Assembly: GCA_040285825.1 (NCBI GenBank)
Contig: JAUPSS010000001.1
Coordinates: 2,294,001 to 2,358,000, forward strand
DNA: 64,000 bases
Direction of reading: 5' to 3'
From: Eukaryota sp. TZLM1-RC
Taxonomy: Eukaryota; Protista; Metamonada: BaSk clade
The translations under genes and the position numbers were made by a program. The notes below the pieces were generated by a model. It had not been told where the DNA came from. It worked only from the letters and a program-made list of their open reading frames with translations, and made no database searches. Of this stretch, positions 48,701 through 61,135 are shown in pieces (positions within the stretch are counted from its first letter, which is position 1; the number at the start of each line of letters is the position of its first letter).

Positions 48701-51700
48701 CGTATTTATTGAATTTGCACACTTGATTAAATTAAATCATAACTAATGGGACGACTATCATTACACCAAGATTTCCTCTACAAAATCTTGATTTGCTTGC
48801 TGTCTAGCTAAAGCTTCTCTAATTCGATTGAAAAACCGCGGTAATCTATTAATAATGGCAAATTGAATCCGTGAACGCCATAAAAAAATATCAAATCTTT
48901 TCATTGTTTTTTCTTTCACCATTTTTTGGAAGTCATCCAAAAAAGTTTCTGCTTCAACTGATAATCTTCCATTTATCGAAAATGGGAAAGCAATAAAAAC
49001 CAGCTGTGTATTTCTATCGACATTTGCATCTTCAATTTCTTTATCATATTTTCTATGTTTTTCTTTTGCTTTAAAATCCAGAGCAGCCACAGGATTAAGT
49101 TTTCTTCTGTGAACCAAAGTATCGTTTGCAACATTACATGAGACAAAGTCAACAATAGCTTCAGAATTATCAATCCAATCACAGTATACATCACCTCTAT
49201 CATCAGAACCAAAATTATTCAGAGAAAGTGTTTCCTTCAGCAGGGGCTCTTTGATACACGATATCCTTGCAGTTTGTGCCATATTGAAAACAGTGTCTCT
49301 AACAGCATCATGTAATGAAGAACGATAAGTTATCAATTTAGAGCAATTTAGAGCATGGCGCAAAGTGAGTTGAGGTGAATTCGAACAAATACATTTTTCT
49401 TTTGATAATAATTGGTTAATGGGGATGTTCAAATATAATCTCATTTTTGTTACAAATGCTTCATTAGTGGCACACAATCCAAATCTTCGTGGTACAATGG
49501 TTACAAAAAGTGAAGAATCTGACGCCTTGTTTTCACAAACACCCTTTTCCAATAACAATGAGTGAAGATCTTGATTTAAAACAGCCGAGCTGCAAATATT
49601 ATTATAAAGATCTTTTTCATACATTCCAGTCAATCTTTTCTGTAATGTTTGAAGAGTGTACTTCAAATTTAAAACATTTTTTTCTGGAATATTGCCATTG
49701 AATGATTGGGGAAAACATCGACCCCATTTTTCTACATCAATTCTTGAAATTTCTTCATTTAATGCAAAAACAGTGGAACTTTGCGTTGTCATCAATAAAT
49801 CTTCCCACAATCTGCAAATCTTTCGGAAAACTCAAAGATTGCATTTCTGCATCCACCAACAAAAGCACACGAGGTAAGAATAGAAGCCTTCGTCCACCCT
49901 AAACCACCATAATGTGGACTAAGGTAAGCATGATCTGGAATTTGAAACATTTTACATCCCAGTAATTGCGACAGAACTTTTTGCACGTAACTCATTAAAC
50001 TTTTTGAGCCAAAGGTCTAGTGACGAGAGGATTTGTAGATCGAAATATATGATTAAAATTGGAACTAAAACACAGTCTTATAATGGTAAATTTGATGTGT
50101 TTTTTATATCTAAATTCATCATTCGGTCAATTTTGTCAGAAATTGAGTTCAACTTTTCAAACAATTTTTGGTAATTTCATCATTATTTCCTAAAAACGAA
50201 CCCAAATGACGAATAGCATCAATTGAATATAATTTGGCTTGAATTTCAATATCATCAATTATTGTGGAAACTGGAGAATTCGATAACAAAACACATTTAA
50301 GTAAATTAAGTCGGAGACCAATTTTGGTAAATAATTCTTTAAAACATACAGTTGCTTTTTTCACAATATTTAAATCACCAATAAGCACAACATCATCCAT
50401 ATATGCAATCATTTTTAGTGAAGGAAACATCTCTTGAATTTGCAGTAGAATAGGATGAATGGCCAAACAAAACAAAAGAGGTCCCAACGGATCTCCTTGC
50501 TTTACACCACTTGATGAACTCAAAATGTTGTTACCAAAATGTAAATTAGAATATGTGCAATATGTTGATTGAAAATATGGTATTAATTCCGGCATATATT
50601 GCAATAGAGCACCATGGATACTGCGACGACTTGGTGAATTGAAAGCATTACTAAAATCCAATGACATGCAAACATTGGATTCATTTTGACGAAATAAGAC
50701 ATCAGTAGCAAAAATCGCTGAAGAGACTCCATCTGTAGTATTTATACCATATTGAAAGGGTAATAAAATCTTTTTAGCTTTTTCATTGAACCTACTTAAG
50801 CAACATGCAGAAAAAATATTGTGTAAGCTCTCAGAGACTGCAATAGGACGAACATCCATTTTTGAATTTTTGACAAGTGCAGTCAAACGAGAACTTCTTA
50901 ATTCTTCTGGGTATTTGCGTTGACCAGATAATATTTGGTTGAAAAATTTGGTCAATAAACCAAGGCAATCTTCTGAAGAAATAATCGCGGCTTTTACATG
51001 ATCAATAGTAATACCAGAAAGTCCGGCAGATTTACCACGAGGTCTCTTTTTGATAACCGAAAAAACTTCTGATAACATCAATGGATAATTTTCCCAGTAT
51101 GTGCCGTAAAAATTTTGATCCATTATAGGGTCTTCATAAGGATGAAGTATTTTCAGTTTATCTATTGTATTTTCATTGTTCGGTGCTTTAACTCCGGGAC
51201 TTAAAGCTGACAAAGCCTTGGACCATTTGTTGTCAAAGCATTTGTCTTCAAAAATTTCACTTAATTTCTCGGATGACTGATTTCTCGGTGCTATATTAGT
51301 TAAATCTTCGGAAATATTAACGAAATTTTGTTCAAAAGGAGGACAAAAAGAACCAAAAAACTCCCAAATAATATTGATAGCATACTTTCCTTTACATAAT
51401 TGATCCAAAAATCTTTGAAAAACGAAAGCAAATTCATTGCATTTGGTTGGATGAATTTCTTGAGGTATTCTTATAGGAGGATGGTAGTTATCAACTATGC
51501 AGCATTTCAAGCAGCGATCAGAAGTTTTTCCTTTTGCATTTTTTCTAAAAGAAATACCACAATTGTTGCAAGTTTTGTGCTTCAATCGATTGCTCACTGG
51601 TTTTGCAACAACTTGTGGAGCATCATTTATGGGTTCTACCTTAGACTCTTTCCTTCTAATAAATTTTCTTTTACATTTTGTTTCAGATTTTGCCACATCA

Positions 51701-52034
51701 TTTTTTCCAACATTGGGGCATGTTCGAGCATTATGTCCCTGTTGTCGACACTTTGAGCATTTGTAGGAGCGTGGCTTTGTTTTTGAACAAACTTTGTTTT
51801 CATCGTGATTGTCTAAAAATTCTTGATCAGAATTTTTTTGTCCAAAAATGAAGAGAGAAAAGGTTGAGGAGGAGAGGTGGAAAGGACGTCTTGAGCATCT
51901 TGTTGTCTATCGTTCTTTCTTTTGACTCCATTAGAATCAGAAACTGATTCAGGCATCAACAAGAAAGATTAGAAGCAATGATCGCGGTTCAGCCAGGTTT
52001 TAAGTTAAACGGTTATATGTAGAGGAACAAAAAT
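48701..52034 (-). mobile_element. Full-length CRE-like non-LTR retrotransposon (family A; single ORF: CCHC knuckle, C4 finger, RT, zinc finger, restriction-like endonuclease)
   Basis: 18-bp TSD TGTTTGACTTTCTTC(T/A)AT at 48683-48700 and 52035-52052. ORF from ATG 51956 to 48761 with a few 1-nt breaks. CSKCRQQGHNARTC; SAGLSG, RPIAV, QYG, LDFSNAFNS, GVKQGDPLGP, YMDD; CIC..HALNC, HDAVRD, RGD, VDF, KEK..KY. Confidence 0.95.
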
Positions 52035-52229
52035 TGTTTGACTTTCTTCAATTCTGTTCGAATTATTGAAATCATATTTTAATGAGAACCACTTTCTAAC
52101 TGTGACAAATTAGGTCGGTTGACTAGATCACAATCAACTGTTAATCTACAAACCTACTGACGTCAGTCAGTGTTGTGATGGTCCGAGAGGAGCAAAAAAA
52201 TAGTTTGTGTTCTGTTTTTAATGTTCCAA

Positions 52230-54200
52230 AGGTTCCCTTGTGATGTTCATCTGATCCATGGTGAATCAAATTTTTTATTAAAATCAACTTCAATTTGAAT
52301 TAGATAACTTGCCCAGTGATATCTGGATTCAGTGTTTTCCTCAGAATGATCAAGAAATTTCCAACCGGTCTCTACCAAGTTTACGTTTTTGCATGAAAAA
52401 GCTTCAACACCATCTGGTTAAATTATATGAAAGCTTGGATTATGAAGTAAGACTTGGCTTGGCCAAAACAGAAAATCCCGCTTTCGGTAATTTTTTTAGG
52501 ACATTCGTGATAGTTCTCTTGCTGCTTTAGTAACTCAAATTCCCTCTGTTTATGGATTTTTGTTAGAAAAAAATGATTGATTTTTGAACACGGGTTTTCG
52601 TTGTTTTCTGTTGATGCCGTTGGGCAGATGAACACACGAAGGGGAGAGAGAGAAATCTAAGTTTATTAATAAAACTGATTCATAAATGAGTATCACGTCA
52701 TCAGTCGAAATACAAAGAAACCTACTAATTCAATATGAGTTCAACAACAACACTACTTTTTCCCACTTTTCTGAGGACAAATACAGTACTGGCTCAATAG
52801 AGGGAAGATATGGGGTTTGTTAAATTCTCCGGTGCATCGTTGGTATGAGAACGTTGGAGACCTACGGGAAGAATTCCTCTGGCAAAACGGTTCAGAAGAG
52901 CTATGTCTGGCAACTTCAGTCCGGAAGCCCTACTCTTTACCTGGAGGAAACGTCGCAGGTAACAGGACATGCGTTCTCGGACGTCACCAATACGGACATC
53001 AAGCTTCAGTTCTGACATAGCCAGACTAAAATCTTCGTACGTGACGAACGATACGACAGATTGTAGATGTCTGAGAAGAACATCGTCACTGGATGAGACG
53101 TCGGATTTCTGGAGAGATAGGACTCTAACAGAAAAGAATCGACCAAGAGTCTTGCTGGAACAAGCTCTTTCTTAGGAGTCACCGAAGAATAAATCTTTCA
53201 CTCCTATAGGAACAGAAGAACACTTTCAACTTTCATGGAAGAAAGAGACGTCAGGTTAACAGAGGGAACAGTCATCTGAAATAAGAAGGGCCAATAATTA
53301 TTGATGCCGTTAGGCAGATGAACACACGAAGGGGAGAGAGAGAAATCTAAGTCTATTAATAAAACTGATTCATAAATGAGTATCACGTCATCAGTCGAAA
53401 TACAAGGAAACCTACTAATTCAATATGAGTTCAACAACAACACTGTGGCCAAACAATATGCCCAATCATTTAACTTGTAAATGTGGTAAACCTCTTTTGT
53501 TTACTCATCTTTTGAACTGTTGACATTTCATTACACTTAGAAGTAAAGTGCATAATAATGTCAGGGACCAAATTTATGTAATGTGTAAGTCATATCGAGT
53601 AGATTCCCTTTCAGAGCCTTTGTTATCAAAATTAATTCTTGATGACTCCAATATTGATAGTACGCACTACAACAAAGCATCTATGGGTCTGACAAGAGGT
53701 GATCGGGTTGTACCTGGCTTAAATGGTAGTTTTACTATTTTAGACGCCATGTCCATTAACTTTTGTAATTCTTGTAACGAACATTTCGTTAACTCAGATG
53801 TAAATAAGCCACTTTTTGCTGGTGAAAAATATTAAATTGCTAAATACGTGAAACCCATTTGCTCAGTCAATGAAAATTTTCATACCCAATAAAATTTATG
53901 TCCTTTTGTTTTTTCTTTGTTTGGATCTTCATGTAAGGCTGCTATGGCTTTCCTTGACCACTTTGTTGTAATTGTAAAGGAAAGAACTGGAAGAATTTTC
54001 AATCGTGTTTACTGGCAAAACAAAATTGTATTTTCTATTTTTAAGGGAATGGTGAAATTAACTTCTGATTCACTCTCTTCATTTAGGAAATTTTCTGAAT
54101 CTTTAGTCATCAATTGTTTGATGTAGGAAAGGCAAACTTTGAGGATGTGGAGTTTTAGTTGTGTATTTCATGATTTTATATTCCTTATTATATGAATAAA
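52230..54200 (+). mobile_element. Family E non-LTR 3' half, interrupted by an LTR mini-element
   Basis: LDYEVRLGLAKTENP... continues after 53446 as WPNNMP..CKC..HNNVRD..RGD. Confidence 0.85.
52612..53442 (-). mobile_element. TRIM-like miniature LTR element (831 bp; element 3)
   Basis: 141-bp LTRs at 52612-52752 and 53302-53442, differing at few positions, with TG..CA ends. 4-bp TSD CTGT. PPT GTGGGAAAAAGTAG. Internal gag-like remnant. Confidence 0.93.
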
Positions 54201-54279
54201 CTATAAATATAGCGCTGTCCTAATTATACAAATATAGATCTCATATGAAGATTGAACAGTAGTTGAACAGGGTAAGAGC

Positions 54280-55377
54280 TAGGGGTATAAATAATTTTTC
54301 GTTATTAGTGTTTTTGGTTTGGTTTTGGTTATAGCAGATAAATTGAAACTATTTGTACGCCAGTCGGACTCAAAGGTGTGCCTTGGTATTGACTTACAAA
54401 AAGTTACGTTTCACTGACAATGAAGTAAACGAATTGCGAAAAAAGAAAGAATTTTACGTGACTTCTATTTAGTAACAGAGGAATTGTGTGAAAGATACAA
54501 CAGTACAACTTCGATTTATGTGGTCTACTTCAATAGGCTACCTGAAAAGGTGTTGAATACTATCGGTGTTACACAGCATCAGATAATTAAAAAAATAATT
54601 AAAAAAATGTGTGTGTACATGAAAAGTAAGTTTGATGATTAGCTTCACCATGTTGATGGCTTTGCGTCGTATGTTTCATTTATTTTAGATCCTAGAATTA
54701 AAAGAAATAATGTACCTGAACCGTTGAACAAAATTTGTACCATCATGCTCTGGAATCTTTGTAAGCAGGTGACTATGCTGACTGTTGTGAGGAAGAGTCT
54801 ATAAAAACCGAAGAGAAAGCGATTTCATTGATATTGACTGGTTTTGCAACAAAAAAGCCAAGGATTGAAAGTATGGTACTTGGTGAATTGAAAATGTATT
54901 TACAACAGCCTCTAGCTACTATTAATACCGATCCATTGATGTGGTGGAACGTTAATCACTGCCGCTATTCGGTTTTGGAAAAAGTAGCAAGAGACTTTTT
55001 GACAGGTCAAACAACTAGTGTTGACGTTGAACGATTGTTTTCAATAGCTGTTTTAACCACCACAGACTTGAGATCCACCCTGAATTGTGAAAGTTTATAA
55101 GCCTTGGTTGGTCTCAATAGATATGAGCAGGAAAGAGTCCCAAAGATGTTGAACGAGTTGTTGTAGAGAAGCATGATCTCCAGTGGTAGCTGTTTCAGTA
55201 TTATTGAAGATAAAATTTTTGAGAAGATTTTATTTGGGGGATAGGTCAATTTGGCTCAAGAAAACGAGGTTTAAAACAGCGAAACGGATTGATTTTGCGT
55301 TGGTTTTGGTTTTATCCTCTTGTTATTGGTTTGGTTTGGTTTGGTTTTGCAATAAAGTGGAACCATTTACACAACTG
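54280..55377 (+). mobile_element. Internally deleted hAT transposon
   Basis: ILDPRIK and ELKMYL...DPLMWW...LEKVARDFL.....SVDVERLFS dimerisation domain. TTGGT subterminal repeats. Degenerate TIR, and a TSD candidate GTAAGAGC/GCAAAAGT. Confidence 0.75.
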
Positions 55378-55577
55378 GCAAAAGTATTGACTGCTGAAAG
55401 TGGTGTAGTTGGAAAAGGAATTTTTGAATTGTCGTAGTAGTTAGCTCGGTCAATTATAAAAAATGCTTAAATGAAGAAAATTGGCAAAAGTCATTTTTTG
55501 ATGGTTTGGAACTGATTATATTCTCCTTCATTTACACAGGACTAATCTTTACTTATTCTTTATTCTGTTATTAGCTC

Positions 55578-57273
55578 ATGCCTCACGCTTACATTATTGT
55601 ATATAACTCTTTGTCAATTTTAATCTTAGGGTAGTGCAGCAGCCGGACCTGCATTCGCTGGTCGTCTTCGCCGACTTCGTGAAGATTATGACATCACAAT
55701 TGTTGAGAAAAGCTCGAATGTATCCTCAGCCACCTGTGGTATTCCATTTGCTCTCTCTGGCGAGGTACCTGCAGAGAAACTCACTGTCATGTCCAAACAG
55801 CAACTATCTAGCGAATTTGCGCTCAATGTACTTCTCAACACAGAATGTGTGTCCATTGATTGTAACAATAAGACACTCTGTCTGAAGACGGAATCCAATG
55901 AAGTAGTTGAACGTCATTATGACATTCTCTTCCTTTCTGTTGGCTGCTCTTCATTTGTCCCACCATTACCGGGAGCTAATTTACCCAATGTTTTCAGTGT
56001 CAGAACACTTGATGATCTTCACCGAATTAAACCTGTCCTCTCTAACTCCAAACACTGTACCATTGTGGGAGGTGGGTTCATTGGGTTGGAATGTGCTGAA
56101 AGTTTACAACATTTGGGTATGAAAGTTACTGTGGTGGAATTATTGGATCAACTTATGGGACCTTTTGATAAGGAATACGCTAACTATATTCACTCTGCAT
56201 GTTGGAAAAATGGCGTCAATGTGCTCCTTGAGACAAAGTGTCAGAGCATTGTTAAGAATGGTGACTATCTATCCGTAGAAACAAGCAATGGTTCAGTTCA
56301 AACCGATTTTGTTTTGTTTTGTGTTGGAATCCTTCCTAACACCAAGTTCTTACAAGATTCGCAAATTACTCTCACAGACCGCGGTTTTATCAAGACTACT
56401 GATTTTGGTCAATGTGTTAATTCCCATGATGAGCCACTTGAGGGTGTTTTTGCTTGTGGTGATGCTACTCTATTTAGACACGTTTCTACCAATGAAAAGA
56501 TTCCCATTCTGTTGGCTGGACCTACTGCTCGAGGTTCAAGAATCTGTGCCACCAATGCAGTGAATCCTCAACAGATGTCACCCCTTCCCACTGTCAATGG
56601 TAACAGTATCATCAGAGTTTTTGATCAATTTGTAGGCCAAGTCGGTGCTTCTAAAAAGATGCTTGTTAGAGCTAATGTTGATTTTAAAGAAGTTCATGGA
56701 ACTTGGGTCGATCATCCTGAGTGGTTTGGATCCTTTGCCCCCATCCATGTTACTGTACGCTTCGACAAACACACTGACCGTATCCTGGGTGCTTCTGTAG
56801 GAGGATTGTCTAGGGACGTGCCCAAGATATTGGATTCACTTTCTGTGTTTATTCAAATGAAAGCTACTTCTGCTGATTTGTCTGAATTCGAACTCGCCTA
56901 TGCTCCTCCCGTTGCAGGACCAAAGTCTGTTATCAATTTCATTGGAAATGCCGTTCAAAATGAGCTGGAAGGGATTGCCAAGTTTGTCACCCCCGATGAG
57001 GTCGTTGATCAGAACATTCCACTTGTGGATGTACGTCCCCCTCCAATGAGGAAAATGATGGGCCATGTTCGTGGTTCAGTCAATATTCCTCTCGCCCAAT
57101 TAAGGGAATCTAATGATTTGCCTACAGGTAGATTCGCTGTTATCTGCAAAGGTGGAAAGTTCTCTCACACAGCCTATAGACTCTTGGTTCAACGTGGATT
57201 TGATGTAGCCAATGTCTCTGGTGGGTTTTTCGCTTTTGCACGAATGTTCCCTCAATTGATTACCAAGGAATAG
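55578..57273 (+). CDS. CoA-disulfide/persulfide reductase-like flavoprotein with C-terminal rhodanese domain (CoADR-RHD/Npsr type); one intron
   Basis: Removing the 31-nt intron 55599-55629 gives MPHAYIIGSAAAG (FAD binding), SSATCGIP (redox Cys), IVGGGFIGLE (NAD(P)H), ACGD, ELAYAPP, and rhodanese motifs LVDVR..GHVRGSVNIPL..VICKGG..NVSGG. Confidence 0.92.
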
Positions 57274-57660
57274 TTGTTGTTGTTATTATTATTAGCGTGA
57301 AGTGACGGGTAATTCAACCTTGATCATGCTTTTGCTTGTTTTATAAAAATATGTTTTCTGCATTGCATTAGGTCTATTGAAATGTAAATTGATACAACCA
57401 ATGGTAATATTGCATTGATGACCACACATTCACCTCATCCATCACAATTCAGCCGATGTTTCATATGTCTTTGAAACTCATGAAGTAATGAATAGATTGT
57501 TTCAATGGGATCACCAATGGTCAGCCAGTGGCACCTCACAGTAAGCGAAACTTTCGGAACAAAAGCACCGTAAATTAAAAACCTGTTGACAACATTTGAA
57601 AAACACTTTATTCAACAAACAGAATTCATAAACAAATCATTGACATTCTACTGAGAACTA

Positions 57661-58281
57661 TCAAGGACCGCTGAACTCATCAGGGTACTGCAGAGGAGTT
57701 TCAGCAGGAGGAATGTATGGCCAAGTAAATGGAACACTTGGTACAAGATGAGCTTGTTGTTGGATCTTCTTGCGCTTGTTTGCACACTCTGGCTTCGTTG
57801 ATAGTCCAGCCTTTGCTAGTCTTCGTTTGAGAGTGGAGGAGGAGATGGAAATTCCCTGGCTTCTGAGAGTCATCAGGATATCGTCCTGTGTTTTTCCTTG
57901 ATCAACGAGCAACTTCAAATGTTCCTCAGGAACAGTTTTGCGGGGTCTACCTCTTGTTTTGGTTAATCCTTTGGATGATTGTTTCTTTATAAATCTAGAA
58001 ACAGTTGAAGCTGGATTCCCACATTGAGGTAGTTTGGTTTGTAACATTCCGGAGGATGGAACCATAATACGGACAGGGATCAATTGATGGTTGTACATCA
58101 TGTACATTGGAGCTGGCATGCCAATGGAATGACAGGACCGAAAGCTCGGGCAACTGGGATTGCTTCCATAATAGCTCTCAGGACTTGAATCATTTCCAAT
58201 GGAATTGAAATGATCAGACACATGTGAGTATGGAAGTGTAGAAAAGGTCATGGCAGGAACCTGCTGTGATATCGTGGTCAT
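57661..58281 (-). CDS. Putative DNA-binding protein (AT-hook + HTH/Clr5-like), copy 1
   Basis: TRGRPRK, then LLVDQGKTQDDILMTLRSQGISISSSTLKRRLAKAGL; basic NLS-like KRKK. Confidence 0.65.
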   Translation of the reverse strand: MTTISQQVPAMTFSTLPYSHVSDHFNSIGNDSSPESYYGSNPSCPSFRSCHSIGMPAPMYMMYNHQLIPVRIMVPSSGMLQTKLPQCGNPASTVSRFIKKQSSKGLTKTRGRPRKTVPEEHLKLLVDQGKTQDDILMTLRSQGISISSSTLKRRLAKAGLSTKPECANKRKKIQQQAHLVPSVPFTWPYIPPAETPLQYPDEFSGP

Positions 58282-59274
58282 AATCGAGATTGAAACGTCA
58301 AAAGTAAACGTTAGATACCAATCTCACGTTTCATTAAAACGTCATTTGATCGATCAGAATTTTGGGTCATTTTTCCATTTTTGGTCCAATAATTTCTATG
58401 GAGTGGACCAAACAATTCCTTCCAAAGACATCACTGAACTCAACTCTACTTGTGAACCAGAGTGTTCTTATTGGGTATTCGTAGACCATGTCTTCTTTTA
58501 TAAAGATTTGTATGGATGAAAGGGTCAATGTTGTAGTAAAAGTTGTTTGAAATTATTGGACCAAAAATTGAAAAATGACCCAAAATTCTGATCGATCAAA
58601 TGACGTTTTAATGAAACGTGAGATTGGTATCTAACGTTTACTTTTGACGTTTCAATCTCGATTATGACCACGATATCACAGCAGGTTCCTGCCATGACCT
58701 TTTCTACACTTCCATACTCACATGTGTCTGATCATTTCAATTCCATTGGAAATGATTCAAGTCCTGAGAGCTATTATGGAAGCAATCCCAGTTGCCGGAG
58801 CTTTCGGTCCTGTCATTCGATTGGCATGCCAGCTCCAATGTACATGATGTACAACCATCAATTGATCCCTGTCCGTATTATGGTTCCATCCTCCGGAATG
58901 TTACAAACCAAACTACCTCAATGTGGGAATCCAGCTTCAACTGTTTCTAGATTTATAAAGAAACAATCATCCAAAGGATTAACCAAAACAAGAGGTAGAC
59001 CCCGCAAAACTGTTCCTGAGGAACATTTGAAGTTGCTCGTTGATCAAGGAAAAACACAGGACGATATCCTGATGACTCTCAGAAGCCAGGGAATTGCCAT
59101 CTCCTCCTCCACTCTCAAACGAAGACTAGCAAAGGCTGGACTATCAACGAAGCCAGAGTGTGCAAACAAGCGCAAGAAGATCCAACAACAAGCTCATCTT
59201 GTACCAAGTGTTCCATTTACTTGGCCATACATTCCTCCTGCTGAAACTCATCTGCAGTACCATGATGAGTCCAG
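57671..59274. repeat. Long inverted repeat: 726-bp arms (57671-58396 / 58549-59274) with a 152-bp spacer
   Basis: Arms are reverse complements with about seven substitutions counted by eye. Confidence 0.95.
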
Positions 59275-59317
59275 GCGAACAGCGTTTTCTCCTTTCAGAC
59301 CAGAACAACTCGACTGA
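58664..59317 (+). CDS. Putative DNA-binding protein (AT-hook + HTH/Clr5-like), copy 2
   Basis: Near-identical to copy 1 except for a different C-terminal tail; AATAAA downstream. Confidence 0.65.
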   Translation: MTTISQQVPAMTFSTLPYSHVSDHFNSIGNDSSPESYYGSNPSCRSFRSCHSIGMPAPMYMMYNHQLIPVRIMVPSSGMLQTKLPQCGNPASTVSRFIKKQSSKGLTKTRGRPRKTVPEEHLKLLVDQGKTQDDILMTLRSQGIAISSSTLKRRLAKAGLSTKPECANKRKKIQQQAHLVPSVPFTWPYIPPAETHLQYHDESRRTAFSPFRPEQLD

Positions 59318-59439
59318 TCATGTCAATATTATTAGTTTGTATATTTGCTATTTTTGTGTTTATTGAATAAAATAGCTGAAATGTTTTGTTATTCTCTTAC
59401 TCGATGTTAAGGCCACCAAGTTTATCCATCAAAAAATAA

Positions 59440-60625
59440 AAAATAGTTTTTTGTTTTTTCAAAAACAAAACAACAAGATACACCTCTCTCATAGTGAGAC
59501 CCAATAGAAAGTAGTACATCAGAAATCTTTTTCAACTTTGCCTTCACAATAGATACAACAATTCTATTCTGCCAATTTTAGCTATTGAACTGGGGTACTG
59601 GTATTCTTTTCAACAATCAGTTTAAAATCTACCACAAAACGTAAAACAGGAAGAGCAAATGAACTCAACAGAACAAATCCAATGGATACAAATTGTATTT
59701 TGCTTGCCGTAGGGTAGATAATTTGGTTAAAGGTTCACTATATTTTTTGATTTTGAATTTTTCAGCATTTGAAAGAGGATTATAAACTTTAGAATTAGCT
59801 GACATTTCATTAGATTAATTACAATTCTCAACTAAAATCACATCCACTTAAATAAAGGTTCCGTCTAATCCAGATAAACTAGCATCACATCAATAATTCT
59901 TAGGAAAATCATCTTCAGTATCAAACAGATTTGATAATAGAGGTTCCAAAAAGGATTCAATACTTTGAGACTTACATATACAATATAATTAGACTCTGGC
60001 AGCGTCGTGAACCTTGCTTCTAAAAGTAATAAAATGTTTACAATTTAACAAATGAGTAATTGTAATTTTTCGAGAACTTTTACAAGTTGAATTATGAGGT
60101 AAAATATCAGGGCAGATATAGGTACGAAGTCTCATATTCGAAGTACTGGTAGAATCAGTTAACAGAGTGTTATAAACTTAATGGTTGTTACTAAAGCGGA
60201 AGACGTACCATTCAAACATATCCTGTAATTGCTTTACGAGATGTTTTTGCTTAGTCAACCCAAGTCTAACATTGAAATACAAGCTTTCAAAAATAGTTGA
60301 TAATTTTTGCTGAAATTTGTCACAGCAAAATTCAAAATTGAAAGGATTGATGCGGAATATTTTGAATTGATTGGGGTAAACATTTGGTCCAAATTTGAGT
60401 GGCGATTCTTGAAGCTCAGCAGATAGCTCGTTCAAATGTAGACTGGAATTTGTATCTAACAAATGAGTACCTTCAAAAAATCTACGAAAAAAATCATAAA
60501 TAAAATTCTTGCCTCCATCCACAAAAGCTGAATGGCACAAAACAGAATTTTTTTAAAATCCAACACCCAATTTTGCTGAAGAAATGAGAAGATTTTCAAC
60601 ATTGCTGGATGCACATCCACTACAT
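59440..60625 (-). mobile_element. Degenerate family C-related non-LTR fragment
   Basis: Similar to 43330-44500. Confidence 0.8.
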
Positions 60626-61135
60626 GTTTAATTAATCAAGTTCCAAGAATTTATGGTTGGTTTCTGAATGACCCTTGCTTTTTATTATCTATGCCTTTTC
60701 GATCTTTTATTTGGTTTAATCATCTTTTACATGGTTTAAATTGTAAATGTGGAAAGACTGTCACTCCAACCCATTTACTTAATTGTAATCTTTTTATTAC
60801 TTTTAGATCAAAAATGCATGATACAGTACGTGATCAGCTTTATTGTATGTTTAAGTCTTACAAGATTGAATCCTCTTTAGAATCATTGCTTTCAAATTTG
60901 GCTGATGAAGCTGACAGAAATTTTTTTGGTGATAGTCGCGGTGATGTGTTAGTTCCCGGTCTTGATGGATAAATGATCTTTATTGACGTCAGATCTACTG
61001 TTGTATCAAACAGCTCAATTGAAAAACTTGCACCATATTATAATTCACCTTTACGTAGAGCTCAAGAAGCGAAAATTATCAAATATGCTGAAAAAATCAA
61101 TAATCTGAATTCCAACTCACATACTCAATAGCAAA
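60625..61135 (+). mobile_element. Non-LTR endonuclease-region fragment
   Basis: CKCG..THLLNC, SKMHDTVRDQLY, RGDV. Confidence 0.8.

Noticed and set aside
36749-48701. Non-LTR elements targeting the region downstream of tRNA genes
   Set aside because: Distances vary (about 200-500 bp) and the same families occur far from tRNAs in this window.
52670-52712. CTGATGA in the LTR of the mini-element suggested a hammerhead ribozyme (retrozyme)
   Set aside because: On that strand no stem II followed by GAAA and a cleavage triplet could be assembled.
19922-57273. Sulfur gene cluster (MGL, CTU1-like, CoADR-rhodanese)
   Set aside because: The genes are 13-21 kb apart, separated by unrelated genes and TEs, and one is a pseudogene; there is no evidence of functional linkage.
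58250-58519. 89-aa ORF across the palindrome spacer, and the many short antisense ORFs in the track
   Set aside because: These are shadows of real genes or TEs, or chance ORFs without motifs.
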